64,000 nucleotides of DNA. It comes from Schizosaccharomyces osmophilus. Taxonomy: Eukaryota. This document shows positions 33,733 through 46,003 of the stretch, one piece after another; the stretch's first letter is position 1, and each line of letters opens with the position of its first letter. The position numbers and the translations under genes are program-made. The notes under the pieces are model-generated. The model had not been told where the DNA came from. It searched no databases and saw only the letters and a list, made by a program, of their open reading frames with translations. The stretch spans positions 372,001-436,000 of the forward strand of contig NC_079239.1 of the NCBI RefSeq assembly GCF_027921745.1, in the 5' to 3' direction.

Positions 33733-35587
33733 ATGAAGTACCAAAAGGTATCTTTTTTTGCACTTTTGTGCTCTTTATATGTTCAAAATTGTGTGGCCGA
33801 TAATGAAATTGAATATGAACCTTTAATTTTTAACGTAAGTTGTTTACTATTCTACTTTGTTCCATCTCGGAAGTACAATGTCAATTAAAACAATGATTAT
33901 TATTCAATTTTACAAAAAATTTCCGTAATGGTTATCTGACTAGATTTTTACAAAGGATGAATGCACTAACTAGTTTTGTTAGCCTACTGAGGTTAAAGGT
34001 CCTCTCGTCGAACAATTCTTGGGAGATTGGACGGAGCGTTGGACTCCTTCTCATGCTAAACGCTTTGTAAATGGTATAGAGGAAATGACTTACAATGGTG
34101 AATGGGCAGCTGAGGAAAGCAAATCACCGGGTGCTGTTGCTGGCGAACTTGGATTGGTAATGAAGGATGAGGCGGCTCACCACGCTATCTCATATGAATT
34201 CGACGAGCCAGTAGACGAACCAGAAAAAGATTTAGTAGTTCAATATGAAGTCAACGCTCAAGAAGGATTAAACTGTGGTGGTGCCTATTTGAAGCTTTTG
34301 GCAGAACGTCCTAACGGGGAGATGTCAAATGCTGTGCCTTACAGAGTTATGTTTGGTCCTGATAAGTGCGGTATCAATGATCGTGTCCACTTCATCTTTA
34401 AACATGAGAACCCCGTCTCTCATGTGTTCTCTGAAAAGCATTTGGATAGTAAGCCTGCTTCTCTTATTAAACCTGGAATTACCAATTTATATACTCTTGT
34501 TGTTCATCCTGATCAAACCTACGAAGTTCGTGTTAACGGTGATATAATTCGCTCTGGCTCTTTATTCACCGATTTCCTTCCCCCGGTCTTGCCTCCTTTG
34601 GAAGTCTATGATCCAGAAGACCTCAAGCCACAAGACTGGATCGATGAAGCTGAGATTCCTGATCCCAATGCTGTTAAGCCTGACGACTGGGATGAAGATG
34701 CTCCTCGTCTGATTCCCGATCCTGACGCTTTACAACCCGAGGATTGGCTTGCGGACGAGCCTCTTTACGTTGCTGATCCAAAGGCCAAGAAGCCCGAAGA
34801 TTGGAATGACGAAGAGGACGGCGATTGGATTGCTCCTGAAATTGCTAACCCCAAATGTTTCGAAGTCTCTGGTTGTGGTGAGTGGAAGGCTCCTATGGTT
34901 CGTAATCCTAACTTCCGCGGCCCTTGGACTCCTCCTATGATTCCCAACCCTAATTATATTGGTGAATGGACTCCACGCAAAATTGCGAACCCCAATTACT
35001 TTGATGATGAACATCCATCTCATTTCGGCCCCATTTACGGTATTGGATTTGAGCTCTGGACCATGCAACCTAATATTCGTTTTTCTAATATCTACCTTGG
35101 CCATTCCATTGGAGATGCCGAACGCTTGGGTAACGAAACATTTGTTCCCAAATCAAGAATTGAGCAAACTTTGTTGGTTAAGCAAAGAACTGAAAAGAAA
35201 CCATCTATGCATGTGGACGAGGAAGAAAACAAGTATGTGACTCTGTTCCTTCATGCATATGATAATGTTAAAGCTAAGCTTCCCCCTTCCGTTGTGGCTC
35301 AACTGGATCCTTACGTTACAACTATTGTTCAATCTCCCGAAATGGCCATTGCTATCTTTTCTGTCGCTTTCTCTATTATCGCTGTTGTTATCACTTGCTT
35401 CTATTACTTTACGTCCTCTTCGTCCTCATCCTCTTCTCCTGTTCCTCTTTCTGCAGGCGTAACTGAAGCCGAAAAGGAGCAGCAAGAAATTTTCAGACAG
35501 GGCGAAATAAATGATAATATTGACGTATCTTATGCTCCTGAACTAGAATCCACTCCTAAGAGTGAGGATATTAATGTTAACGCTTAA
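33733..35587 (+). CDS. cnx1: Calnexin; intron 33835-33982
   Basis: Signal peptide [34 protein letters not shown]-domain KPDDWDE repeats, C-terminal TM helix. Confidence 0.97.
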
Positions 35588-35852
35588 TTCGAATTAGCTA
35601 TCGATGAATCTTTTTGAATGTTCAGTTTACACTTGAGTAACGTTACAGACTTTTAGTAGTCTAAAATTTAATAATAGAACTATTGTTTACCTAGAGTTTG
35701 TCTACCAGTTAAGTATTTCGCTTGATACTACAGGAACAAGCCTATATTAGATTATAGCAATAATGCTCAAGGTTAAGTAATTGAATCATAGAGTATATTA
35801 GTTTTGTTCGTAATTATAGCCTGATTATCCCTCTCTAATTTCAGTACCGATT

Positions 35853-36743
35853 CTACCTTGTTGCTCCTTTCATGGGAATGAGGGCGCAATAATTTGAAGG
35901 AAACCATCCTTTTTCTCCGTTGCGTTTTCTTCCATACCACCAACCAGTTGTCGCTCCGTTTGAATCATATTTACTCAAAACAGCAATGATATCTCCTTTC
36001 CTTAAAGCGAGTTCCACAGTTGGTTCCCTTGTTGCAAAGTCAAATTCAGCTTTACAAAATTCTAGTTCTTGTATAGACTTTGATTTTTTTTCTTTTGCAA
36101 TGATTTTCTCCTTTTCGTAAATCTTTCTGGATATCTTTATAATTGCATATGGAAAAACAAAAAGAGAAGCGAACAAAAGACCAGAAAGAAGCTTAGACTT
36201 TTTAGAGGAGGGCTTGTATTCTTCAGTACGAATTGAATTATAGTTATTCATAGTTAGTGGATTATTTGATTTGATTCCCAGAATATTATAGATGAATACC
36301 TTTAGTCGGTTTATTAAAGAAACAATACTGAATAAAGAGCCGATCGACAGTCTTAATTTTTTGAAATTGTCCATTACTGAAACAAAGGTATTATAGCTCA
36401 TATGAGCTGCCATTAAGCTGGATTCCATTACTTGAGCAATACTACCGACGGAGCTGACGATTCCTTCTATAGTCCTTAAAGCGGAGATGGGTTCAGTCGC
36501 AGGTCCGTTAGATTCTAAAGGAGAGATGCCATTATAGGAAGGTAAAAACGAGTTGAACCCAGGATAGTTCCCGTAGTTTAACCCCATATACCCTGGGTTG
36601 TTATAAAACCTATTTCCTAAGGCGTATGAAGGGTGATTCAAAAACGAATTTAACTGAGATGATTGAGCATTTCCATCAAGTCCGCCATGTGGATAAGCTG
36701 GTAATTCTGGAGCTTGTTTTGCTGCATCCGTGTTTTGATCCAT
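35853..36743 (-). CDS. pex13: Peroxin Pex13
   Basis: G/Y-rich N-terminus, Peroxin-13_N region (IEGIVSSVGSIAQVMES), C-terminal SH3 domain (WWYGRKRNGEKGWFPSNY). Confidence 0.93.
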   Translation of the reverse strand: MDQNTDAAKQAPELPAYPHGGLDGNAQSSQLNSFLNHPSYALGNRFYNNPGYMGLNYGNYPGFNSFLPSYNGISPLESNGPATEPISALRTIEGIVSSVGSIAQVMESSLMAAHMSYNTFVSVMDNFKKLRLSIGSLFSIVSLINRLKVFIYNILGIKSNNPLTMNNYNSIRTEEYKPSSKKSKLLSGLLFASLFVFPYAIIKISRKIYEKEKIIAKEKKSKSIQELEFCKAEFDFATREPTVELALRKGDIIAVLSKYDSNGATTGWWYGRKRNGEKGWFPSNYCALIPMKGATR

Positions 36744-37124
36744 ACTGTAAGAATAAGAATGAGGTTTTTTCCTTTATAATATCCAAGTCAATTTGAGAGA
36801 TTAACAGTGTATTCTTCTTCAAATGGAAAAAATTAAAAGATTTTTACCGTTATATGCTTTTCCATCGGTTTTTTTAGAGTAATATGGTACGGTCACCGGT
36901 TTTGCTTAAGAAAAATTCGCGAAATAGCCTAAATTAAGATTACAATTTTATAAAAAGCAAGAATTTAATAAATAAACGATAGTAAAAGTAAGGTGCATAT
37001 ATGAGTGCTTTCATAAAAACAGACTACAGATTTGAGAAAAAGACCTTATTCATTTTCAGCCTAAAAAAAAGTTTGACTGTATTGTACAAGAATGGTAAAA
37101 ATACTATCTACAGAAGCCACTTTT

Positions 37125-38414
37125 CTATTGTTCTCCTTCGGTTTCTTGCGCAGCTAAATAATTACAAACAATTTCTGACTGAGCAAACTCTTCTACGAAA
37201 CCTTGAATATAGGGTATTACCTTTGTTAACAGATTACGTTCCCTTAACAAAAGATACATAGCAGCATCTTTGCGAGATGAAATGGAATTCTCACTTTCGA
37301 TATTATGTTTGAAAGCTGCTTCGGCTAACTGCTGAACAAGGCAAAAGACTCTCAAGTAGTACAAGTCTCTCAAAGAAGACTTTTGTATCAAGTCTGGGAG
37401 TTCCTCAATGGTAGTTCTGTGCCCTTCAAATTCCCATTGTGGTTCGATATCCCCGTGTTCATTTTCCTGCAAACCAAAACAGGTGAAATCTTCATAATTC
37501 AAGATTGAGAAATATAAATATGGAGCGTGCCACCATATACCGGTAGAATCCGAAGCAATTTCAATCATAGGTGGCCTTTTACAGCATTTTCGTTTAATAA
37601 TGTCCAATGGATCATTTGGATCTTTAGGGATTAAGAGTTTTATAACATCAGTTGTGTTTTCTCTCACGTTCTGAGGAATAAATCCATACGAGAATAGAAA
37701 TTCCGCAGCGCCTTTGGAGGCACCATAGTTGAATGTAATTTCATCTCCATTGGATATGGTCTTCTCAGCATACACTTGCAAGGAATCTGAAGTAAAATCC
37801 CATCTGGAATTGGCATGATTCGAGTGATTACACAAATCTACCACAGGCGACAAAACTGTACTACCCGAAGGGCTTTCAAGGCATCGACTATTATATAAGG
37901 AATCGGCATGTATCCAATCAGGCAAAGAGATTTCTCCTGACCAAAGGCTTTCATGAGTACTATTTAATTCTTCCCATTCTTCTCTCAAAAATTTCTGTTT
38001 GGCGACTACCGGCATGAACAATGAAGTGCCTTGAAGGCTCTGTATTTCCCATTCAGACCACTGAACTGGGGTACCAACATAGGATGGAAAAGTTGACAAG
38101 TATAGATTCCATTCCGTCTCCTTCTCATGCAATCCCTTAAAGTAGCAGAGAATGAATAAAACCTGCTTTCTGAATGGCATAACATCCCAATCTTCGGATG
38201 AGGCAATAGAGGCAAAGGTAGCGTCCTTCTTTCGAAGTTCGATGATTAATTCTTCATTAATTACTTTGGATAGTGGCACCTCCAATAGGAGCTGTCCAGG
38301 GCCGCATTTTTCTAAACATCGTAGACCTTTTCCTTTTCTTTCAATTTCAGCGATTTCAAGATTAACACATTTCTTCACAAACGCACTTATCAAATCATTT
38401 AAGCTTGGATGCAT
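37125..38414 (-). CDS. set8: SET-domain lysine methyltransferase Set8
   Basis: KGKGL, PVVDLCNHS, EITFNYG, FLFSYGF; first ATG at 38414 gives 429 aa. Confidence 0.85.
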   Translation of the reverse strand: MHPSLNDLISAFVKKCVNLEIAEIERKGKGLRCLEKCGPGQLLLEVPLSKVINEELIIELRKKDATFASIASSEDWDVMPFRKQVLFILCYFKGLHEKETEWNLYLSTFPSYVGTPVQWSEWEIQSLQGTSLFMPVVAKQKFLREEWEELNSTHESLWSGEISLPDWIHADSLYNSRCLESPSGSTVLSPVVDLCNHSNHANSRWDFTSDSLQVYAEKTISNGDEITFNYGASKGAAEFLFSYGFIPQNVRENTTDVIKLLIPKDPNDPLDIIKRKCCKRPPMIEIASDSTGIWWHAPYLYFSILNYEDFTCFGLQENEHGDIEPQWEFEGHRTTIEELPDLIQKSSLRDLYYLRVFCLVQQLAEAAFKHNIESENSISSRKDAAMYLLLRERNLLTKVIPYIQGFVEEFAQSEIVCNYLAAQETEGEQ

Positions 38415-39005
38415 GACAAACTGTCCACCTTTTGATAATTTATCATTGAAATCCAAATTCTAGAAAATTGGCAATAGTAGGTACCCGGTCATTATACGTT
38501 TTCTAGTAGTAGTGGTGAACCCATACCAAAGAGTTATACCAGCAAGCTTAAAATCATGAAATTTTGTAAATGATAATGCAAAGAATTAAATTGGACGTAA
38601 TTTGTGTGATCTTTCCATGTATAGTTGATTAGATGTAACTTTACCGTTCACAAAGACCGGCATGGGAGTGGTGTCTTTCTTGCCCAATTTTTCTGTATTT
38701 CACGGTTATTTTCGTAAATTTACTTAAACAAGAATGAAATTATTTTTTCGTGAAGCGAAGACTGAATGTAATAACAAAATACCTAATAGTAAATCTAGAC
38801 AAATACTAATACTTAAGCATTCCTTCAAGAAAAGCATATTTTAGCAAGGATAACTTTGTGTGAAGAGATTTAGAGGAAACGGACTACGTATTGAAAGTCA
38901 TTTCAAGAACACCCACATGAAACATATTTAGCTATAGTATTATTCTAACAAACACTAATGAGGCTCTGGCTTCTTTTTAAAAATTTATTTACCGTACCAA
39001 GAAAA

Positions 39006-40090
39006 CTATGAAAACTTCCACCGGTTGCCACAAACGACACATTCACAAAACGTTGTCATAGGTTCATCTGCAGATCTAGTTTGCATTTGATAATAGGAAA
39101 CCTTCTTTTGCCTACATTTTCCGCATGTAAACAAGTCTGTGATAGCCTTTTGAGGTTTAGCACCTTGAGCATGAAACAGATTTTCCTGCTCAAGCTTAGC
39201 ATCTTCTTTACGACGGTCTTCAGAAGCAAGTTCTGCGGAGTTCATGTTGCTTAGACGTTGAGCATTTATATCTTCAGATATGACCGAAGCACGAAGTTTC
39301 GGGTTACTTTTATCTTTTAGATTCATATAGAGTGATCGCATCCGATTACGATACTCAGACCCTGTATTTCCAGAAGCACGAGCTAAAACCTGTGCATCAA
39401 TTTCAACAGAACGCTTTAAAATCAGAGAAGAATCAGCGTCCGTGTCTAATGCCAAAGCATTGTAAATAAGGCCAACGCAATTATTGCGAATTTTATCGTC
39501 TGTTAAATTCACATTGACCTTGTCCGTTTTGAAAGTACGCTGTCCACCTGATGATTGATTCTGTGTTTGTTTTTGAATAGGAGTCGCAACGCCTGCGCCT
39601 TTGGAAGCTGGAGAAGCCCCATTGGTACCACCAGTGGCTGTATTTTTCAATGGTCTACCCCTGCTCACATCGGTTTTCCACTTTTTTACGATTTCGCGAG
39701 CGCATTCATTAACTTTTTCATTCGGATAAGACCTAAGTTTTCCTATTACCAAACCAAGTCTGGTTTCCTAAATTCCCGTTAGTTTTTGTCTTGCGCAAAA
39801 GCAATTCCTCAGAAAACAACAAGGAAATATGAAGGAAATATTTCGCTTTAGGAAGAAATTCTTTTTCTAAAGAGAATTAATTCTCAATTCAATTCAAATT
39901 ACCTTTAATAATTCCTCCGTAGCAACAACACCTGTTCTTAAACGGTTCATGATGTCGAGCATTGTCTATCCGAAAATTAATAAAGTATTCAATCAAAAAA
40001 TAGATGTAAAAGAAAAATTACCTCCGTATTCTTGGATTGAATGGCTTTTTCCAAGGAAGCCTTGGCAGATCGAATTTCTTCTGAATCCAT
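39006..40090 (-). CDS. tfs1: Transcription elongation factor TFIIS; introns 40021-39966 and 39902-39768
   Basis: C-terminal zinc ribbon CGKC...QTRSADEPMTTFCEC..C; N-terminal LLK|ETRLG. Confidence 0.97.
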
Positions 40091-40749
40091 CGTGCTATTG
40101 ACTGACTTTAAATCGACCAGAAATTAATATGCATTTAATTATTCCCTTAACAAACAAATTCCCTTGACTAATAGATATTTTGTTATTTCAACGTCTCGGA
40201 CTAAGGTAGTGGTAGTAGAAAATTGTACATTCACGTACTATCGCTTAGCTGTAAGTTAATTATTACCACTTACCTCAAAGTCGACTTATGTTCATTCGTT
40301 TGAAAACTGAAGTCTTGCTTTAATAGAAATAAAGATTAATTCATCCGAAAGAATATTAACTGGAAAAGCTTTATCGCTATTCTCCTAAACTTGTTTCTAG
40401 GATTTCTGGATTTTCTACGAGATTTTACGCGTATTACAGGATTTTTACGGAGACTTTTGTGAAATAAACGAAAGAAGAGCTGTTCCACGAAACCTGAATC
40501 CTCTGAAGCAAGCTATTGTTGACGGGTGACTTGTAACCAACAAACAGTAATTTCCAAATTTAACCATGGCGATATAATTTTCTCGGATATCTTTTGATAT
40601 CAAGAATCTTTTCAAACAGAACACTTCAGCGCTCTTTTGAACCCGGTCAATCTTTTTTTTTTTTTTTTCTGTAAACAATTATATCGACATATTTTTTACT
40701 CACGTACAAGCTCGTTTTTTCTGGCCTTTTTTTACCATTTCAAGTATAA

Positions 40750-43086
40750 ATGCCTATCCAAAGTGACCCAAAGGATCACTTAAATTCAAATGAAGTATTA
40801 TCAGATGGGGATGCAGACATAAGTTGGGAAGAAGCAGCGACTTCCTTATTGACAGAACTTGAGAATTCCTCTTTTACTTCTCCAGCCGCTTCAAAGGTAC
40901 CTAACACCGAATCGCCAGTATTGCAAGAACATTTTAACGAAAATTCGAAACAAAGCATTCAACCGACATTGGAAGGCAAAATAGCACGGGATTTGACCTT
41001 CACACCAAGATTAGTAACAGAATATGAACAAGAGAACTATTGGGAAAGAGATATGGAAGCTTTGAATGACTGGGTTTATCCCGAAATGGATGAATTTCGT
41101 GAATACCAAAGGTGCTTTTGCGAAACAGCTTTTTACCACAACCTTTTGTTAGCATTACCCACAGGCCTAGGGAAAACATTCATTTCAGCTGTCGTGATGC
41201 TTAATTTTTACCGCTGGTTTCCTACCGGAAGAGTGATATTTCTTGCACCTACAAAGCCTCTTTTGCAACAGCAGCGAACTGCCGTTGTTGAAATTACGGG
41301 AGTACCGGCACATAATACATCTGAATTGAATGGAAATATCTCGGTAGAGACTCGACTTAAAGAGTACCACGCGAAACGTATTTTCTTCATGACTCCGCAA
41401 ACTCTAAATAATGATTTACAATCTGGTTTGATCGAAGCGACAAGCATAGTTTGCTTGGTCATTGATGAGGCGCACAAGGCTACAGGCAGTCATCCTTATG
41501 CCCAAGTCATTCGAGCTATTCTCAAGTATAATACTCACTTTCGAGTTTTAGCTTTAACCGCAACTCCTGGTTCTACAACCGCAGCTGTACAAAAGGTCAT
41601 TGACTGCTTGCATATATCAAAAGTTATTGTTCGTAACGAGGAAAGTGTGGACATTCGGCCGTATGTTTTCCATAAGAATATCCAAGTTGTCAAAGTTGAA
41701 CTTACTCGTGACATGCAATACTTGAAAGCCGATTTTGCAGATATGTACTTTCCATATTTTGACTGTCTTCGAAAAAAGAAAGTAATTCCGTCTACTTGTG
41801 ATCTTAGAAATTTGAAAGCCTACGTTCTTTTGCTGGCTTTAAGGAGATATTCTTTTAGAGAAAAGGATAACCAAGATAAAGAAAAATTGAAAATATTTGG
41901 GTACTTCAAATTGCTCATTACTTGTGCTCATGCTATGTATCTGCTAGACTGTCATGGTATCATTCAATTTTACCAGAAGCTTCATGAGATACGGACAGCA
42001 ACAGAGGAAAAAAAGACTGGAGAGCTATATCATTTATTTTCAAGCAATCCATTCGTATTTTATTTAAATCATTTGCAAAGTATCATTGCTAATGACCGTT
42101 TTACGAATCATCCGAAAATTACGCACCTTTCTGACATTCTAAGAGAACACTTTCAGCACGCGATTCAGCAGACCAGCAATTCTAGAGTTATGGTTTTTAC
42201 AGAATATCGTAATACGGCTGAACAAATACTGAAAGCCTTTTCAAACGAGAAGCCTCTTATAAGAACTTCTCTGTTCGTTGGCCAAGCGAATTCTATGGTG
42301 TCTGCGGGAATGAGTCAAAATATCCAGAAAGAAATTATTTGTCAATTTAAATCCGGTGTTATTAACGTTTTAGTTGCTACTTGCATTGGTGAAGAGGGCT
42401 TGGATATTGGGGATACAGATATGATCGTTTGCTACGATACTTCTAGCTCACCTATTCGTATGATTCAAAGAATGGGAAGGACTGGTCGTAAAAAAGATGG
42501 AAAGGTCTATATCCTTGTGACCAAAAATTATGAGGATTTGAAATGGGAAAGAGCGAAGGCTTCATATAAAAGAGTTCAAAAAGTAATTGAAAATGGGCAA
42601 AAACTAAGACTAAAAAGCGATGTTCCTCGTTTACTTCCCCCCGCTTGTAATCCAACAATCAGATTTCAGAAATTAAACACACTTCATCATCAGTCCTTTG
42701 TTGGTTTAACTGAGATGGTTAAACAAGATGAATTACGAGTTGAACCTCCCGGTTCACAACCAAGACGCCAATTACCTTCAATTGTCGATGATGCGTTTGA
42801 GGATATGAAAAGCAATCTTAGAACACCTACGTCTGAAATCAACCTGAGAAGATACTTAGCGGATTATCGAAGTACTGTTTATCATGCCAATGGATCTTCC
42901 ATAAATCTAAAAAAATCAGCCATAGTCTCCAAAGTCAAAAATTCCTTCAAAGTTGGTAATAAGTCTTTACTTGGCTTTCAAATATCGGCTCTTCAAACGA
43001 AGTTTAAGAGTTGTTCTATTAAAGAGATACAACGGTACAAAACGTATGAAGAAAAATGGAAGCGGAAGAAAAGAAAACTTATCTAA
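40750..43086 (+). CDS. fml2: FANCM/Mph1-family DNA helicase Fml2
   Basis: LPTGLGKT, DEAHKA, ALTATPG, GEEGLDIG, QRMGRTGR; paralogue assignment from synteny. Confidence 0.9.
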   Translation: MPIQSDPKDHLNSNEVLSDGDADISWEEAATSLLTELENSSFTSPAASKVPNTESPVLQEHFNENSKQSIQPTLEGKIARDLTFTPRLVTEYEQENYWERDMEALNDWVYPEMDEFREYQRCFCETAFYHNLLLALPTGLGKTFISAVVMLNFYRWFPTGRVIFLAPTKPLLQQQRTAVVEITGVPAHNTSELNGNISVETRLKEYHAKRIFFMTPQTLNNDLQSGLIEATSIVCLVIDEAHKATGSHPYAQVIRAILKYNTHFRVLALTATPGSTTAAVQKVIDCLHISKVIVRNEESVDIRPYVFHKNIQVVKVELTRDMQYLKADFADMYFPYFDCLRKKKVIPSTCDLRNLKAYVLLLALRRYSFREKDNQDKEKLKIFGYFKLLITCAHAMYLLDCHGIIQFYQKLHEIRTATEEKKTGELYHLFSSNPFVFYLNHLQSIIANDRFTNHPKITHLSDILREHFQHAIQQTSNSRVMVFTEYRNTAEQILKAFSNEKPLIRTSLFVGQANSMVSAGMSQNIQKEIICQFKSGVINVLVATCIGEEGLDIGDTDMIVCYDTSSSPIRMIQRMGRTGRKKDGKVYILVTKNYEDLKWERAKASYKRVQKVIENGQKLRLKSDVPRLLPPACNPTIRFQKLNTLHHQSFVGLTEMVKQDELRVEPPGSQPRRQLPSIVDDAFEDMKSNLRTPTSEINLRRYLADYRSTVYHANGSSINLKKSAIVSKVKNSFKVGNKSLLGFQISALQTKFKSCSIKEIQRYKTYEEKWKRKKRKLI

Positions 43087-43229
43087 TATTATTTTGATAT
43101 TTAATTGTATGATTTTAAAAACTAAAACCGAAGGATGAACGAGTTAATATAACGAAGATGAATAAGTGAAGTATTTATTATATTACAAGAGCTAGAAGCT
43201 GTGTTACTCAAAATCAACGAGCTATTCTG

Positions 43230-44126
43230 TCAATATTCAATTTTCCTGCTCCTCAAGTATGCTTGGAATAAGTATTCCACAGCCTCTGTGTTCATTTTAG
43301 TATCTTGCCAAGTGTCACCCCAGCAATAAATGCCATGATCCCTTACAATAACGGCGCATGCCTCTGGATAAGCTAGGATAGCTGCTTTTAAACTGTCGTG
43401 AAGATCGCTTTCATGAGCCGTATTGTTGATAACTATATTTGCTGTTAGCAATTCAGTCATAGTTACATGAATCCATACAAGGAATTTTAACGGCGTCTGT
43501 CACAGAATAAAACCCATTTCTCTTGCTTCCACGGGGAATATGTCGAAGTACTTCAAAACCGGAAGCTGAAAAATAATCTGAATTAGGAAATACTTCAGAT
43601 AGTAAGATAGCTTCTTGAGAGTGGGTATGAATACATGCATAAGCATCGCGACAGCTTCATAGGTTACTTATTTATCAAAAAAGGAAAACAAAAATGTACA
43701 TACGTATAAGCTGCCAGAAATAAAGGGGTACATTGAGAAGGCTTGAGAGCTTGCAAAGGCTTATGAAGGTATTCACGAGTTCTACGTTCCGTTAACACTC
43801 CCCAATCTCTAATAAAAAATGCATTCATACTTCAATGACATAACAAATAGATGTTCTAATTGCATCCTTTCTTTTTGAACGCCAGATGGAGCAATGACAA
43901 TTGCATCTCTGCAACAGTTAAAAATAGGCTTTCTCTAAGTAGTTCGTACCCCGAACGGATAGTAATTCCTCCTCTATTAACCGTTAGTTTGTAAATGGAT
44001 TCAATTCACTTACCCAGTGCCAGTTACCCAGCCAGAATTATACAAATCCTGACATATTTTACAAATAAGCTCACCAGAAATTCGAAGATCGCCGCTTTCT
44101 AAACACCCTAATTCTGAACTTTTCAT
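43230..44126 (-). CDS. mde1: Methylthioribulose-1-phosphate dehydratase (class II aldolase/adducin family); 6 exons
   Basis: Introns 44013-43974, 43949-43909, 43830-43782, 43703-43655, 43478-43433; motifs GWVTGTGGG, APSGVQKE, CIHTHS, VRDHGIYCWG. Confidence 0.9.
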
Positions 44127-44404
44127 ACTTGCTAAATACTCGATTTAACGAAATGTCCTATCAAATGGAAAACACCTAACACGTATATGGCAGTTGCTTA
44201 GAGGAGTCAAATATAGGATTCGCGAATTAGTATTAGACGAACGTTCTTTTGCAAACAACCAAACTCAATGAACTTTATTATGTACTTCAATAAAAAATTT
44301 AAACTAGAAAAGAAAAGAAAAAAGTAGAAGACTTTTATGCATGGCTATATACGCTAGATATGGAAAATATATGTGTGCTTAACCATTGTACAACATAAGT
44401 GCAA

Positions 44405-46003
44405 TCAATCATCACCAAATATTGCATTGAAAAGGCTTTCAGGAGATACTTTAACCTGAACTGGACGACTAGTTAGATCTTTATCTATCACATTTGGTAA
44501 ACTGTCATATGAAGGTTCGGTAGAGGGCTGTTCACTTGAAAGTACAGAAGTATCAAGTTTCACCTCGGGAGGACGGATATGAAAACGTTTACAAAGCAAG
44601 CGGCTTGGATAGAAATCTGATATTTGTCGTGGTCTGCTCAATGTAGAGGAAATATTTGAAGCCTGATCAGTAGATTCCGAGATCGCTGTAGCATTAGCTG
44701 AATTATCACCTGAAGAAGAAGTAAAACGCATGGATAAATTCCTGGACATTGGACGATACAAAGACGCGGTTTGAGCAAACTCGGAGAGGTAATGAGTACG
44801 CATTTCTGTTAAAAGCTTAGGCATACCTTGAACATGAGCATTTAAGAAGATTTCGTACATCCCGGCTCGTTCGTCAGTATATGGATTATCTTTTCTGGAA
44901 AGAGCATGTTTGGCTGTGTCTATATCAATTATCCTCCATTCTTGTTCATCAGACAGACCAGTATGTGATGGGTTACCCTGAGAATCCGGTTTATTTTCCA
45001 CAGATCCGAAAAGCGCCTCAGAACGCTCACGAGAATTAGTGCTTTTGTTAAATGAGGATGTCTGAGGAGGGGAATCTGCGGGTGATGAGAATCGTGATAT
45101 CCAACCTTCAGGAATTTCTGGTGGGGGAAACCATTGATTGGTAAAATTCTCCGGAGAATAGACTACAACGAAGCCAGCAAGAACGGGTAAACCATCCATA
45201 CAGGTGGCTGAAGGTGAAGGATTTGTTTTTACTCTACTTTTCTTCGAAACAAAAGTATGTTTTCCAATGGTAGGTATAGACAAAGGGTTTTTCTTTTTCA
45301 AACTAATACTCTTATCAAATCGAGATTTCGCTGGCCCAATGTTGTATGGGTCTTCATCTTCTTCATTATCGTCTATCGCAACACCTAAGCCAAAAGCTTG
45401 GTTTTCTGGTTTTTTTTTCACATTTTTATTCAAAGATTTCTGTTGATGAATCGTTTCGTCTTGCTGATATCCAAGCCCATGAATGTTGTACTTAGCTGAA
45501 TCTTCTCGCTCATAAAAATCCTTAGTTGGAGAAATCACAAAATCCCTCCCGTTCCAACCAAAGTTTCTTAATATCTTTTCACCAATGGAAGATTGCTTTG
45601 GTCCAAGTTCTCTTAGTAACGGATCATCGAGAGGAATGGATCGTTCTAAAGTGTCATTTTGGATACTGTAAACCTTGGACATTTCCTGATCATTTTTATC
45701 TTCTTCATCCATAATATCATCTAAAGAAAGACCGGTCTTTGTACCACGATCTTTCTTGGAACTTGACCAAGCCTTTGGCTGCCATCCTTCTTTGGATCCC
45801 ACTGAATTAAAGTACCCTGCCGAGAAACCACCTGTGAATGCACCATGAAAACGTTTTCTATTTCTTTCATCCCTTGCTGTCTGTTTCCAGACGGGTAAAT
45901 CATGACCATCCAGATACGCCTCTAGGTTGACCGGTGTACCGTATATACAATGTGGATGTCTGTCGAGCTCTTTGTTTGCTCTTTTCCTGTTAACTTGATA
46001 CAT
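44405..46003 (-). CDS. gpl1: G-patch protein, GPATCH1 orthologue (Gpl1)
   Basis: DUF1604 motif RFHGAFTGGFSAGYFNSVGSKEGW; G-patch SIGEKILRNFGW; PSRLLCKRF. Confidence 0.9.
   Translation of the reverse strand: MYQVNRKRANKELDRHPHCIYGTPVNLEAYLDGHDLPVWKQTARDERNRKRFHGAFTGGFSAGYFNSVGSKEGWQPKAWSSSKKDRGTKTGLSLDDIMDEEDKNDQEMSKVYSIQNDTLERSIPLDDPLLRELGPKQSSIGEKILRNFGWNGRDFVISPTKDFYEREDSAKYNIHGLGYQQDETIHQQKSLNKNVKKKPENQAFGLGVAIDDNEEDEDPYNIGPAKSRFDKSISLKKKNPLSIPTIGKHTFVSKKSRVKTNPSPSATCMDGLPVLAGFVVVYSPENFTNQWFPPPEIPEGWISRFSSPADSPPQTSSFNKSTNSRERSEALFGSVENKPDSQGNPSHTGLSDEQEWRIIDIDTAKHALSRKDNPYTDERAGMYEIFLNAHVQGMPKLLTEMRTHYLSEFAQTASLYRPMSRNLSMRFTSSSGDNSANATAISESTDQASNISSTLSRPRQISDFYPSRLLCKRFHIRPPEVKLDTSVLSSEQPSTEPSYDSLPNVIDKDLTSRPVQVKVSPESLFNAIFGDD

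Noticed and set aside
38460..38492. Upstream ATG and putative intron extending set8
   Set aside because: The required intron would be about 25 nt with a poor donor and would not restore the frame cleanly.
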